This document shows, piece by piece, positions 1 to 11,832 of a stretch of DNA of 64,000 nucleotides. The stretch spans positions 1 to 64,000 of the forward strand of contig NW_021832997.1 in NCBI RefSeq assembly GCF_006345805.1, written 5' to 3'. The first letter of the stretch is position 1. Each line of letters begins with the position of its first letter. Position numbers and translations under genes: made by a program. The notes under the pieces were generated by a model. That model worked only from the letters and a program-made list of their open reading frames with translations. It was not told where the DNA came from and did no database searches. The stretch is from Octopus sinensis. Its lineage: Eukaryota.

Positions 1-46
1 ACGAACCGCGAGTCCGCTGCCCTAACCACTGGGCCATTGCGCCTCC
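1..46 (-). mobile_element. 5' end of tRNA-derived SINE family A, cut by window edge
   Basis: Reverse complement matches the family A head GGAGGCGCAATGGCCCAGTGGTTAGGGCAGC also seen at 3708, 4208, 4809 and 54138. Confidence 0.85.
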
Positions 47-59
47 ACTGGAGCAGCTG

Positions 60-104
60 TTGCTGCAGCAGCTGATGATGATGGTGGTGGTGGTTGTGGT
101 GATG

Positions 105-135
<31 letters not shown>

Positions 136-414
136 GGCTGGTGGTGGTGGTGGGCATGTTGATGGTGATGAGAAAAATGATGATGATGATGAAGACCATC
201 ATCATCATCATGGTGACGATGGTGGTGGTGATAGCGGCGTCGGTGAGTGACGATGTAGTTGGGTAGATGGAGAGAGAACGGCGAAGGGAGAGGAAGAGCT
301 GGGGAGAGAGAGAGAGAGGGGGAGGGGGAGAGAGGGAGAGAGAGACAGAGAGAGAAAGAGAGAGACATAGAGAGACAGAGAGAGAGACAGAGAGAGACAG
401 AGAGAGAGAGAGAC

Positions 415-447
<33 letters not shown>

Positions 448-480
448 AAGGCAGACAGACAGAAAGAATGGAAGATAAAA
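60..480. repeat. Compound microsatellite (GAT/GGT)n, (GA)n, (GACA)n
   Basis: Visible directly; explains the low-complexity ORFs here. Confidence 0.95.
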
Positions 481-965
481 GAGAGAAAATGAAAGAAGAA
501 GGGGAAGGCTGGAGAGGGGTTAGGTCGAGGTGGGGGGGTCGGCAGTAACCGTCCCCACCCCCCGCTCTCCACCAACACTCAAACCCCCCGACCCCATCCT
601 TACCGGGCTCCCAACAACACGGAATTTAATTAAGGACACAGAAAGCACCGTCGACGTCAGCTTGTTTGCAAGCTGGGCCCCCTTTTTTTATGTTTTGCTT
701 TGTTTTTGTAGGAATAGCTAAACACCCTTCCAACACCGCCGCCGCCGCCACGTCAACCTGCAGGCCTACCCCCCCCCGCTCCTCCACTCCGCCAGCTATC
801 ACCACGCCGAGTAAGGGGGGGGACCCCTACCTCCACTCTACTGCATTACCCCAAAACCCTTTGTCAGAAATCTTCGTTTACAACGAACTTAATTAGGGTG
901 GACCATATCAAAGACACCCGTAATGTAAAATGACTGAGACAAGAAGAGTGTGTGCACATGCGCAC

Positions 966-1036
<71 letters not shown>

Positions 1037-1068
1037 GAGAGAGAGAGAGAGAAAGAAAGACAGACAAG

Positions 1069-1765
1069 GGCAGGAGTGGCTGTGTGGTAAGTAGCTTACT
1101 TACAAATCACATGGTTCCGGGTTCAGTCCCACTGCGTGGCACCTTGGGCAAGTGTCTTCTACTATAGCCTTGGGCCGACCAAAGCCTTGTGAATGGATTT
1201 GGTAGACGGAAACTGAAAGAAGCCTGTCGTATGTATATATGTATATATATATATAGAGAGAGAGATCGGGAGCAGGAGTAGCTGTGTGGTAAGTAGCTTG
1301 CTTACCAACCACATGGTTCCGGGTTCAGTCCCACTGCGTGCCAACTTGGGCAAGTGTCTTCTACTATAGCCTCGGGCCGACCAAAGTCTTCTGAGTGGAT
1401 TTGGTAGACGGAAACTGAAAGAAGCCCGTCGTATATATGTATATATATAATATAGAAGAGAGAGAGAGATCGGGAGAAGGAGTGGCTGTGTGGTAAGTAG
1501 CTTGCTTCCGAACCACATGGTTTCGGGTTCAGTCCCACTGCGTGGCACCTTGGGCAAGTGTGTTCTACCATAGCCTCTGGCCGACCAAAGCCTTGTGAGT
1601 GGATTTGGTAGACGGAAACCGAAGGAATCCCATCGTGTATATGTATATATGTGGGTGTGTTTATCTGTCCCACCGCCATCACTTGACAACCGATGCTGGT
1701 GTGTTTATGTTCCCGCAACTTAGCAGTTTGGCAAAAAGAGAATGATAGAATAAGCACCAGGCTTC
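1069..1765 (+). mobile_element. SINE family B (tRNA head, CORE-like ACCTTGGGCAAGTG box, internal microsatellite): three tandem heads and one tail
   Basis: GGAGTGGCTGTGTGGTAAGTAGCTTG...GGAAACTGAAAGAAGCC repeated three times with (TA)n(GA)n-ATCGGGA linkers. Confidence 0.85.
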
Positions 1766-1802
1766 CATGAATAACTTCTCCTATATCTTAACCCCGCGGA
1801 AA

Positions 1803-2310
1803 TTACTGTGTGTTTATGTGTGTACGTGTGTGTGTGTGCTTGTGTATGAGTGTGCGTCCATATGTGTACGCATATACATGTGTGTGCGTCTGTATGCATA
1901 TACGTGTGTGTGTACACATATACATGTGTGTGCGTGTGTGTGTATGAATATAGATGTGTGTGCGTGTGTGTGTATATGAATATGCATATAAGTGTGTGTG
2001 TGTGTGTCTGCACATACATGTGTGTGTGTGTACACATATACATGTGTGTGTGTGTATGAATATACATGTGTGTGCGTGTGTGCGTGTATGAATATACATA
2101 TAAGTGTGTGTATGTGTGCATATACATGTGTGTGTGTACACATATACATGTGTGTGCGTGTGCATATGAATATACATGTGTGTGCGTGTGTGTGTGTATG
2201 CATATACATATGTGTGTGTGTGTCTCTGCATATACATGTGTGTGTGTACACATATACATGTGTGTGCGTGTGTGTGTATGCATATACATGTGTGTGAGTG
2301 TGTGTGTGTC
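1803..2310. repeat. Higher-order (TG)/(TA)-derived minisatellite
   Basis: Recurring sub-units such as TGTGTATGAATATACATG and TGTGTACACATATACATG. Confidence 0.9.
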
Positions 2311-2571
2311 CAGACAGAACAATAGGCCACAGCGATGCCTGAACATCACCAACCTGGAACCTATTATAACATAACTTTAAAGAATGCGCTAGAAACGGGT
2401 ATGTATATTTATAATAAATATATACCCGTTTAGTATATAAACACACCTGCGTAGTATAGGGTTGCGTATAAACACGCCGGAGATATATGATATACGGGTA
2501 TTAACGGAAGGGAGAGGTATTGAACGAACCGCTTCAAAGCCATGGTGTAAACAAATAAATACACCTGCCGG

Positions 2572-2619
<48 letters not shown>

Positions 2620-3035
2620 GCAACAAGGATATCCAGAAGTAATGCAGTACGATCGTTTCATGCAACTCCATTTTAACTGAAAAATGCAATCATTTCATTA
2701 CATCAATTTAAAATGTAGAGCAATCTTCAGCTGCACACAGAGATATAGAATTTATACTAATGTGTCCTTCTAATTCTCAACCATTTTTCAACCTTTGATT
2801 ACTCATGGACCCCTATATGATTTTTATTAATTCTGGTGCCTATTGTGCATTTTGTTTAAAAACTAGTTTTCTAGAAACTCCTTTCAAAATTCCTTTTTGT
2901 TTTTCACACATTCCCTCGTGTAGGTTGAACTATGTAAAATGTGGTTCTCAACCATTAAAAAAAAATTTATGAACCCCTTTGATTACCATTTTATTTTAGT
3001 GGACGCCTATAGCCATTTGATGTTGAAAAAACTAG

Positions 3036-3415
3036 TCTTTATATATAAAAATGAAGTTGTGTGGTGTCTGTCTCCTACGATTTAGATTCCTAACTACTCC
3101 CACATTTTGCGGTGCAGTTTAACCAAAACCGGGTATCTTATAGTCGTGATTCATATCGAGCCCTTCTGGGTGTTAGCGCGCGTCTACGATTTAAAAAAAA
3201 ATTACCATCATTTTTTTCCATTTTAATGCATTTTTTCGCTATTATATAAGGGAAGTAACTCTCTAAAAATGTCTACGATTTAAAAAAAAAATTACCATCA
3301 TTTTTTCCCACTTTTAATGCATTTTTTTGCTAATATATAAGGGAAGTAACTCTCTAAAAATGCTTATATAGTTATTTCCCTTACAAACCCGAGCAACGCC
3401 GGGTGATACTGCTAG
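3036..3415 (+). mobile_element. Non-autonomous Helitron-like element
   Basis: 5' TC-TTTATATATAAA; 3' hairpin CCCGAGCAACGCCGGG then GATACTG-CTAG; same 3' end at 38983, 40986, 20727 and (degenerate) 28460. Confidence 0.8.
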
Positions 3416-3707
3416 TTTTCTATAAACGTCTTTCAAAATTCTTGTTTTTCACACATTCCCTTGTTTAGGTTGAACTATGTAAGACATCAGCGAAAGAAAC
3501 CCAGCTGTTTCTTGCAATACTTCCAATACACACACCTAAAGCAAAATTTTTTCAAGGCCCCTAAAAATACTACCGCGGATCCCCAATTTAGTAATATGTT
3601 GTGTGGACCCCCAAAAATCTTATTTGGACCCTCAGGGGCCATATGGACTCCACTCGAGAACCACTGAACTACATCCTCATACTTGCAAGTTGTAGCGTCG
3701 GTTATGT

Positions 3708-4809
3708 GGAGGCGCAATGGCCCAGCGGTTAGGGCAGCAGACACGCGGTCGGATGATCGCGGTTTCGATTCCCAGACCGGGCGTTGTGAGTATTTATTGA
3801 GCAAAAACACCCTAAAGCTCCACGAGGCTCTGGCAGGGGCTGGTGGCGAACCCTGCCATACTCTTTCGCCACAACTTTCTCTCAGGCTTTCTTCCTGTTT
3901 CTGTTGTACCTGTATTTCGAAGGGGTCAGTCATGTCACACTCTGTGTCACCCTGAATCTCCCCAAGAACCACGTTAAGGGTACGCGTGTCTGTGGAGTCC
4001 TCAGCCACTGTGGAGTGCTCAGCCACGTTAATTTCACGAGCAGGCTGTTCCGTTGATTCGGATCAACTGCGACCCTCGTCGTCGTAACCGACGGAGTACC
4101 ACGATAATATATATATATATATAAATGGCGGTGCCCCAGCATGGCCACAGCTCATTAGCTGAAACTGGAAAAATCAAAATCATATATATATGTGTGTGTG
4201 TGTGTGTGGAGGCGCAATGGCCCAGTGGTTAGGGCAGCAGACTCGCGGTCGTAGGATCGCGGTTTCGATTCCCAGACCGGGCGTTGTGAGTGTTTATTGA
4301 GCGAAAACACCTAAAAGCTCCACGAGCAGGCTGTTCCGTTGATCGGATCAATTGGAACCCTCGTCGTCGTAACCGACGGAGTGTCAGTGTCGCTTGTACT
4401 TAATAACTAAGTAGTAGTAGTAGTAGTATTAGTATTGGATGGAAGCACTCCGTCGGTTACGACGACGAGGGTTCCGGTTGATCCGAATCAACGGAACAGC
4501 TTGCTCGTGAAATTAACGTGTAAGTGGCTGAGCACTCCACAGACACGTGCACCCTTAACGTAGTTCTCGGGGATATTCAGCGTGACACAGAGAGTGACAA
4601 GGCCGGCCCCTTTGAAATACAGGAAGTAAGAGTGAGAGAAAGTTGTGGTGAAAGAGTACAGCAGGGATCACCACCATCCCCTGCCGGAGCCTCGTGGAGC
4701 TTTTAGGTGTTTTCGCTCAATAAACACTCACAACGCCCGGTCTGGGAATCGAAACCGCGATCCTATGACCGTGAGTCCGCTGCCCTAACCACTGGGCCAT
4801 TGCGCCTCC
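3708..4809. mobile_element. Three SINE family A copies (3708-4097 +, 4208-4383 + internally deleted, 4441-4809 -)
   Basis: Shared A/B-box head and 3' stem-loop tail CCCTCGTCGTCGTAACCGACGGAGT. Confidence 0.9.
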
Positions 4810-5267
4810 ACAGTATTAGTATTAGTAGTGGTACGACCCTATTTATCAACGCTGCTGGCGACGGTGGTGTTATCTAATGCCGACATCATATATAATGTTT
4901 TATATTAGCCAGATAATTACCGTGTAATGGCTGTCATTATAGAAAGATATACATTACAGAGAGAAAGAGAGAGGGGAGAGATTAAGGGGTCTCGCCGGGG
5001 TAAGAAGAAGCGATGACGGGATTGGGGTAGCGGAAGGGGATTTAGTAGACGGTGGCGCGTGGACGGGGGGATGAGGGGATTGCCAAGTAATTAGGAAGGT
5101 AATTTAGTGATGGCATTGCTAATAGTGCTAATTAGACGATACGATATGGAAATGGTGGTTGGTGACAGCTCTAAGTGGTTGAGTGGTAAGACGTTTGTTT
5201 GCCAACCACAAGGTCCCAGGTTCGGTGGCACCTGGGCAAGTTTCTTTTATCCCTCAGATCGACCAAC

Positions 5268-5323
<56 letters not shown>

Positions 5324-5328
5324 TATAT

Positions 5329-5410
<82 letters not shown>

Positions 5411-5412
<2 letters not shown>

Positions 5413-5581
5413 CGTAGGAGTGGCTGTGTGGTAAGTAGCTTGTCTACCAACCACATGATTCCGGGTTCAGTCCCATTGCGTGGCATCTTGGGCAAGTGTC
5501 TTCTACTATAGCCCCGGGCCGACCAAAGCCTTGTGAGTGGATTTGATAGACGGAAACTGAAAGAAGCCCGGCGTATATATG

Positions 5582-5614
<33 letters not shown>

Positions 5615-5830
5615 TTGTGTGTCTGTGTTTGTCACCCTAACATCGCTTGACAACCCATGCTGGTGTGTTTACGTCCTCGTAACCTAGGAGTTTGGCAAAA
5701 GAGACCGATAGAATAAGTACTGGGCTTACAAAGAATAAGTCCTAGGGGTCGATTTGCTCGACTAAAAAAAGGCGGTGCTCCAGCATGGCCACATTCAAAC
5801 GACTTGAAACAAGTAAAAGAGTAAAAGAGA
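5411..5830 (+). mobile_element. SINE family B, full length
   Basis: Head, internal (TA)(TG) tract, tail ending GAAACAAGTAAAAGAGT. Confidence 0.9.
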
Positions 5831-6250
5831 GTAAAAAAGAAAATAAGAATCAGGCTTAACAAAAAACAAAAAAAGAATTAAGCCCTGGGGTCGATTTGTT
5901 CGACTAAAAAAACCCCTTCAAGGCGGTGCCCCAGTTTGGCCGCAGTCTAGAGAACCCCCGAGACCGAAAAAGGCGTGGATGATCCGATGCTTCGTACAGC
6001 ACGGAACGAATAAAGGACAGATTAACACTAATCCTTCTCGTCTACTGTTAATAAACCATAACCCATAATGATAGTGATTAGTAGTGTTTAGGCTAATCCC
6101 AGATCGCTAATCCTTAATCCAAATATCGGTTTCCTTAAAAGCGCTCTTGAGTTTCCCTATAACGGAAAAGGTTAAAAGGAAGCTACGTGCTGCGTTCGGA
6201 ATTGCTAGAAATAGCAGCTAAATCTCTCTCAATCATACTCTACTGTCTAA

Positions 6251-6471
6251 GGCGAGCTGGCAGAATCGTTAGCACGTCGGGCGAAATGCTCAGCGGTATT
6301 TCGGCTGCCGTTACGTTGTGAGTTCAAATTGCACCGAGGTCGACTTTGCCTTTCATCATTTCGGGGTCGATAAATTAAGTACCAGTTACGCACTGGGGTC
6401 GATGTAATATCTATGTCTGTCCATGTTTGTCCCCTCTGTGTTTAGCCCCTTGTGGGTAATAAAGAAATAGG
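6251..6471 (+). mobile_element. SINE family C (GAGCTGGCAGAA...GAGGTCGACTTTGCCTTTCATC...AAAGAAATAGG)
   Basis: Many copies in the window (about 14075-14760, 32895-33075, 61175-61500, 63270-63432). The central GGTCGAC...TTTCATCC domain recalls Meta/MESC-type SINE domains (from memory, unverified). Confidence 0.8.
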
Positions 6472-7051
6472 TATGTATGTATGTATGCATGTGTGTATGT
6501 ATGCATGCATGCATTATGCATGCATGGATGTATATATGTGTGCATGCATCTATGTATATATGTATGTATGTATGTATATATATATATATATGTATGTATT
6601 ATATATGTATGTATGTATTATGTATGTATATATATATATATATGTATGTATTATATATGTTTGTATGTATATATATATGTATGTATTATGTATGTATTTA
6701 TGTATATATATATACATAAATGTATGTATTATGTATGTATGAGCCAAGGAGGGAGACCTCTACATGGTAGCTTGACCTGGTAGGAATAACAGCCAAATTT
6801 CCCTCAAATCAAACCCTACTCTCTTATGTAAATATATATGTATGTATGTATGTATGTATGAGCTAATGAATGAGACGTCGACATGGTAGATTGACCTGGT
6901 AGAAATAGCAGCCAAATCTCCCTCAAATCACATCCTACTGTCATTTATATATGTATGAGGAGCCAAGGAGGAGACACTCCCACATGTATGTATGTACGTA
7001 CATACATACATACATACATATATATACATACATATATACACACACACACAT

Positions 7052-7091
<40 letters not shown>

Positions 7092-7115
7092 ACATACATA
7101 CATACATACATACAT
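6470..7115. repeat. (TATG)n/(TACA)n microsatellites with 2-3 copies of a ~115-bp dispersed repeat (GAAATAGCAGCCAAATCTCCCTCAAATC)
   Basis: Motif recurs near 6203, 6784, 6902, 9481 and 17986. Confidence 0.75.
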
Positions 7116-7169
7116 GTAGTGCCACTTAAAGGTTTGTATATACATTATACGTTATACACACCGTAAGTT

Positions 7170-8465
7170 TCAAGTGGTGGTGGTGGTCGTGGCAGAGTTG
7201 TCCGTAGTAGCAGTGGTTGACCTTGAAGCTGTCGTCTGGTTCCTTCCAAATTCTTTCCGTGTGTCGTCGGCGTCCATGCTCGCAGCTGCACCTGTGTTGC
7301 TCCTCCCCTTCTTTCCCTCCCTCGTGAAGCAGTGGGGGAAGGGGAAGGTAGGGAATCAACGTCGTGAGCGTTGTCAAGGAGACCACCGTTCTTCTCGAAG
7401 AACGACTTCATGGCTTTGAAGTCGCCAAAGCAGAAAATGGCGAGGAAAGCCGAAGACGAATTTACAAAATGGGGAAACACGCCACACAAAGGCAGGTTTC
7501 CCGTGCAAAGGATTCGCAGAACCGAATGTATTTATTGGTTGTGGCGCAATAGACGTCATTGATTGGTTGAAATTGCAGAAAACAATAAATATCTTAGAAA
7601 CTCTAGAATTTTCCCAATAAAGCCAAGAGAAAAAATGTCTTATTTTGACAAATTCTACCAGAGAAGAACGGTGGTCTCCTTGACAACGCTTCACAGGTGC
7701 AGGTGTGAGCCTGGACGCCGACACACGGACAATTGGCGGTGGCGGCGGTGGTGGTGGTGGTGATGGTGGTGGTGATAGTGGCGGCGGTGGTGGTGCTGGT
7801 GCTGGTGATAGTGGTTGTGGTGGTGATGGCGGTTGTGATGGTGATGGTGGCGGCGGTGGTGGTGGTGGTGGTGCTGGTGATAGTGGTTGTGGTGGTGGTG
7901 GTGATAGTGGTTATGGTGGTGATGGTGGTGGTGGTGGTGGTTGTGATGGTGGTGGTGGCGGTGGTGGTTGTGGTGGTGATGGTGGTCGTAGTCGTGGTGT
8001 TGGTGGTGATGGTGGTGGTGGTGGTGATAGTGGTTGCGGTGGTGATGGTGGTGGTGGTTGTGGTGCCGGCGGTGGTGGTCGTCGTGGTGATGATGGTGCT
8101 GATGGTATGGAGATGGTGGCGGCGGCGTTGGTGGTGGTGATGGTGGCGGCTGTGGTCGTGGCAGAGTTGTCCGTAGTAGTCGTTTGACCTTGAAGCTGTT
8201 GTCGGCGTCCATGCTCGCAGCTGCACCTGTGTCGCTCCTCCCCTTCTTTCCCTCCCTCGTGAAGCAGTGGGGAAGGGGAGGGTAGAAGGGAAATCAACGT
8301 CGTAAGCGTTGCCAAGGAGACCACCGTTCTTCTCGAAGAACGACTTCATGGCTTTGAAGTCGCCAAAGCAGAAAATGGCTGGGAAAGCCGAAGACGAATT
8401 TACAAAATGGGGAAACACGCCACACAAAGGCAGGTTTCCCGTGCAAAGAATTTGCACAACCGAAT
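7170..8465. repeat. Direct repeat of a ~330-bp unit (7170-7525, 8150-8465) flanking an inverted fragment and a (GGT)n expansion
   Basis: Near-identical core CAAGGAGACCACCGTTCTTCTCGAAGAACGAC...CCCGTGCAAAG; inverted deleted copy at about 7667-7729. Confidence 0.85.
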
Positions 8466-8600
8466 GGATTTTGTATTTATTAGTTGTTGCACAACTTTTA
8501 CATAAAAAATATTATCCAAACACAAACTTTTGAAGGCAATAAAAAGGCAAACTTACTCAGAGTCGATGTGACTATCGTCCGTCCATAAGATAGATAGATA

Positions 8601-8633
<33 letters not shown>

Positions 8634-8766
8634 CGATAGAGAGAGAGAGATAGAGCGATAGAGAGAGAGAGCGATAGAGAGAGAGAGAGCGAGCGATAGA
8701 GAGGGAGAGAGAGAGCGATAGAGAGAGATAGATAGATAGAGATAGAGATAGAGATAGAGAGAGAGA

Positions 8767-8900
8767 GACAGCAGTTGTTCGACATAAGCCCACAGATCGG
8801 AAATGGTTGGACACCGCACGAGTGCGTGCAGAACGGTTTCGTCGCTCTGACCGCATCTCGGGCAGGTCGGCCCCGTGTTTCTCGAGCCGTGTCTGTAGAG
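8767..8900 (-). mobile_element. Tx1/L1-clade LINE ORF2 fragment (zinc-knuckle region)
   Basis: LYRHGSRNTGPTCPRCGQSDETVLHALVRCP, matching the copies at 12.7 kb and 48.15 kb. Confidence 0.85.
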
Positions 8901-8903
8901 CAC

Positions 8904-8936
<33 letters not shown>

Positions 8937-8960
8937 ATTATATATATATATATATATATA

Positions 8961-9301
8961 TGGTTGCGGGTTCAGTTCCACTGCGTGGCATCTTGGGCAA
9001 GTGTCTGCTGCTATAGCCCCGGGCCGACCAATGCCTTGTGAGAGGATTTGGTAGACGGAAACTGAAAGAAGCCTGTCGTATATGTATATATATATATGTG
9101 TGTGTGTGTGTGTTTGTCCCCCTAGCATTGCTTGACAACCGATGTGGTGTGTTTACGTCCCCGTCACTTAGCGGTTCGGCAAAAGAGACCGATAGAATAA
9201 GTACTGGGCTTACAAAGAATAAGTCCCGGGGTCGATTTGCTCGACTAAAGGCGGTGCTCCAGCATGGCCGCAGTCAAATGACTGAAACAAGTAAAAGAGA
9301 G
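8961..9301 (+). mobile_element. SINE family B, 5'-truncated
   Basis: Family B body and tail. Confidence 0.85.
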
Positions 9302-9430
9302 TATATATATATATATATATACATATATAATAACAAAGGGTAAAATTAATTAATTGAGAAGTAATCAATAATTTCACCAAGTAGAATTCGGGATGAAAAA
9401 AGGACCATTTCACGGTAAACTTAAGTAATA

Positions 9431-9711
9431 CTTAATAATTAGGGTTCAGCAAAGATTTGCTTCACCACATACCGAAGTTTAGAAATAGCAGCCAAAAAAT
9501 CTTAGCTATTTCTTCTACTTTAAAAAGGGATGACCAGATATTGATTGATTTTCGTTGCTTTACTCTCTGCGTGTGTGAATTATTTTCAAGTATTTTGGTT
9601 TCTCTAGGAGTCCCTTTTTAATGTAGAAGAAATAGCTAAGATTTTTTTGGGCTGCCATTTCTAAACTTCGGTATGTGGTAAAGCAAATCTTTGCTGAACC
9701 CTTATTAATAA

Positions 9712-9712
<1 letters not shown>
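9431..9712. mobile_element. MITE with ~100-bp terminal inverted repeats, flanked by TA
   Basis: 9431-9530 is the reverse complement of 9611-9712 with few mismatches; TA on both sides; 80-bp spacer. Confidence 0.85.
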
Positions 9713-9754
<42 letters not shown>

Positions 9755-9756
9755 AT

Positions 9757-10154
9757 ACTCTTTACTCTTCTCTTTTACTTGTTTCAGTCATTTGACTGCG
9801 GCCATGCTGGAGCACCGCCTTTAGTCGAGCAAATCGACCCCGGGACTTATTCTTTGTAAGCCCAGTACTTATTCTATCGGTCTCTTTTGCCGAACCGCTA
9901 AGTGACGGGGACGTAAACACACCAGCATCGGTTGTCAAGCAATGCTAGGGGGACAAACACACAGACACACATATATATATATATACATATATACGACAGG
10001 CTTCTTTCAGTTTCCGTCTACCAAATCCACTCACAAGGCTTTGGTTGGCCCGGGGCTATAGTAGAAGACACTTGCCCAAGTTGCCACACAGCGGGACTGA
10101 ACCCGGAACCATGTGGTTGGTAAGCAAGCTACTTACCACACAGCCACTCCTGCC
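9757..10154 (-). mobile_element. SINE family B, full length
   Basis: Reverse complement of the family B head and tail. Confidence 0.9.
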
Positions 10155-11832
10155 TATATATATATATATATATATATATATGGTGGATGGGATATACACG
10201 GCCATCTTAAGGCACGCGTATATTTCTTCAATTACATCTCCGGTGTTGCTGCTGGGAGTCAGCTCATCCGGCGCAGACTCGATCCTATGTACGTGTTTCT
10301 ACATTGATGTTGATGCTGTTATACCTATTGTGCTCACTTTTGCTACACGCGTTGTTGCTGTTCCCCCCTCTTCCTTCTTCTCCTCCACCCCTTCTCCATC
10401 TTTTCCTCCTCCTCCTCCCCCTTCTCCTTCTTCTTCTTGCTGCCATTTCTTGATAAATGGCAGACATTCCAAAGAAGAGAATGGCTTTGTCTTCGACTGC
10501 TTTTAAGAAATGTGGAGGCGGGGTGGAGGTCGTGGTGGTGGTAATGGTGGTGGGGGTGGTCGTGATGGCGGTGGTAATGGTAGTGGTGGTGGTGGTGATG
10601 GTAATGGTGGTGGTGGTGGTGGCGGTTGTGGTTGTGGTGGTGGTGGTAGTAGTAGTAGTGGTTGTGGTGGTGGTGCGTGTGTGTGTGGGGGAGGAGAGGA
10701 TAGTGATGGTGGTGGCGGCGGCGATGGTGGTGGTCGTCGTGGTAGTAGCGACAATATCGTTATTGTGCGGCGCGGAAGGTTTTGGTGATGGTAGTGGTGG
10801 TGGTGGTCGCGGTAGTAACGGCAATATCATTGTTGTTGGTGGTGGTGGCGGCAATATTTTGCTGCTAGTGTCTGAGTTGCTGTTATTTATTGCCACAGTT
10901 GTTGCTGCTGTTACTCTTTAACCCTAGGTAGGTCCTTTCCTGATCCTTTACTGTCATGATTAAACTCGATCCGGCCGTGACCTTTTGTTTAAATGTGAAC
11001 TGCAAACTACATTGTCGCTCCTGTTCTAACACAGCTGAGTGAGCATTGAAGGATATCTCAGCTGCTATTTCTAGCAATATTCATATTACATGCTGACGGT
11101 AACTGACGGCAGTGGTAGCGGAGTAAGAGGAGAAAGGGATGGTGGTGGTGGTGACAGTGGAGGCGGCAGCGGCGGTCCGGTGGCGAAGGCGGAAACTGCG
11201 ATCGAATTGATGGTTCTGCTGACGATGGTGACAGTGTTAGTGTCTTGTAGTGATGATAATGATGATAGTGGTGATGGAGGTGGTGATGTTGGTGTTGGCG
11301 GTGGTGGAATTAGCATATTTATTTGTTTCAACCAACTCTCGCTCTCTCCACCCCCGCCATATATTCTGCCTTTCTTCTGTGGCAGGAAGAACATCCGGTC
11401 ATTAAACACACCGCTGGCTTGTGTATATATGAGTGCATATATAATATATATATATATATATATATAGATATAGATATATATATATACATATACATATATA
11501 TATATATATATATGTGTGTATATATATATATATATATGTGTGTGTATGTGTAAACAAACACACACACTCACAATATATACTCAAACGTGTTTACATGTGT
11601 GTGAATATATTCCGTCAGAGACAGTGCATATCTACCTATTTTTTAAATCTTTGTTTTCCTATCTCTATGTATCTCACTCACTCCCTGCCTATCTATCCAG
11701 CCTAATCTATCTATCTATCTGTCCATCTATCTATCCTAATCTATCTATCTATCCATCCGTCTATCTATCCATCTATCTGTCTGTCTGTCTATCTATCTAT
11801 ATATCTGTTTATCTATCTATCTATCTATCTAT

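Noticed and set aside
1162-1757. Recurrent ORFs such as RLLSVSVYQIHSQGFGRP and MVPGSVPLRGTLGKCLLL
   Set aside because: They are translations of SINE family B and appear wherever the SINE does.
60-2446. Long low-complexity ORFs (poly-M/V, ER, HT, CV, YI repeats) here and throughout the window
   Set aside because: They are translations of di-, tri- and tetranucleotide microsatellites, open in several frames and on both strands.
3708-3790. tRNA genes at SINE heads (A and B boxes, GGTT(T)CGATTCCC)
   Set aside because: They run straight into SINE bodies, lack a complete acceptor stem and recur as dispersed repeats.
7603-8457. Thr-, His-, Gly- and Pro-rich ORFs up to 284 aa (also 10285-10921, 55953-56531, 57515-58005)
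   Set aside because: (GGT/ACC)n tracts lack stops in most frames; no splice or start evidence supports a mucin-like or His-rich protein.
8557-8590. Small minus-strand exon ending at a GTAAGT donor (8556)
   Set aside because: The upstream side is microsatellite and Tx1 sequence with no acceptor; an isolated donor is insufficient.
10883-11077. 64-aa ORF (MLEIAAEISFNAH...) in unique sequence
   Set aside because: Short, no clear splice sites, no recognisable motif.
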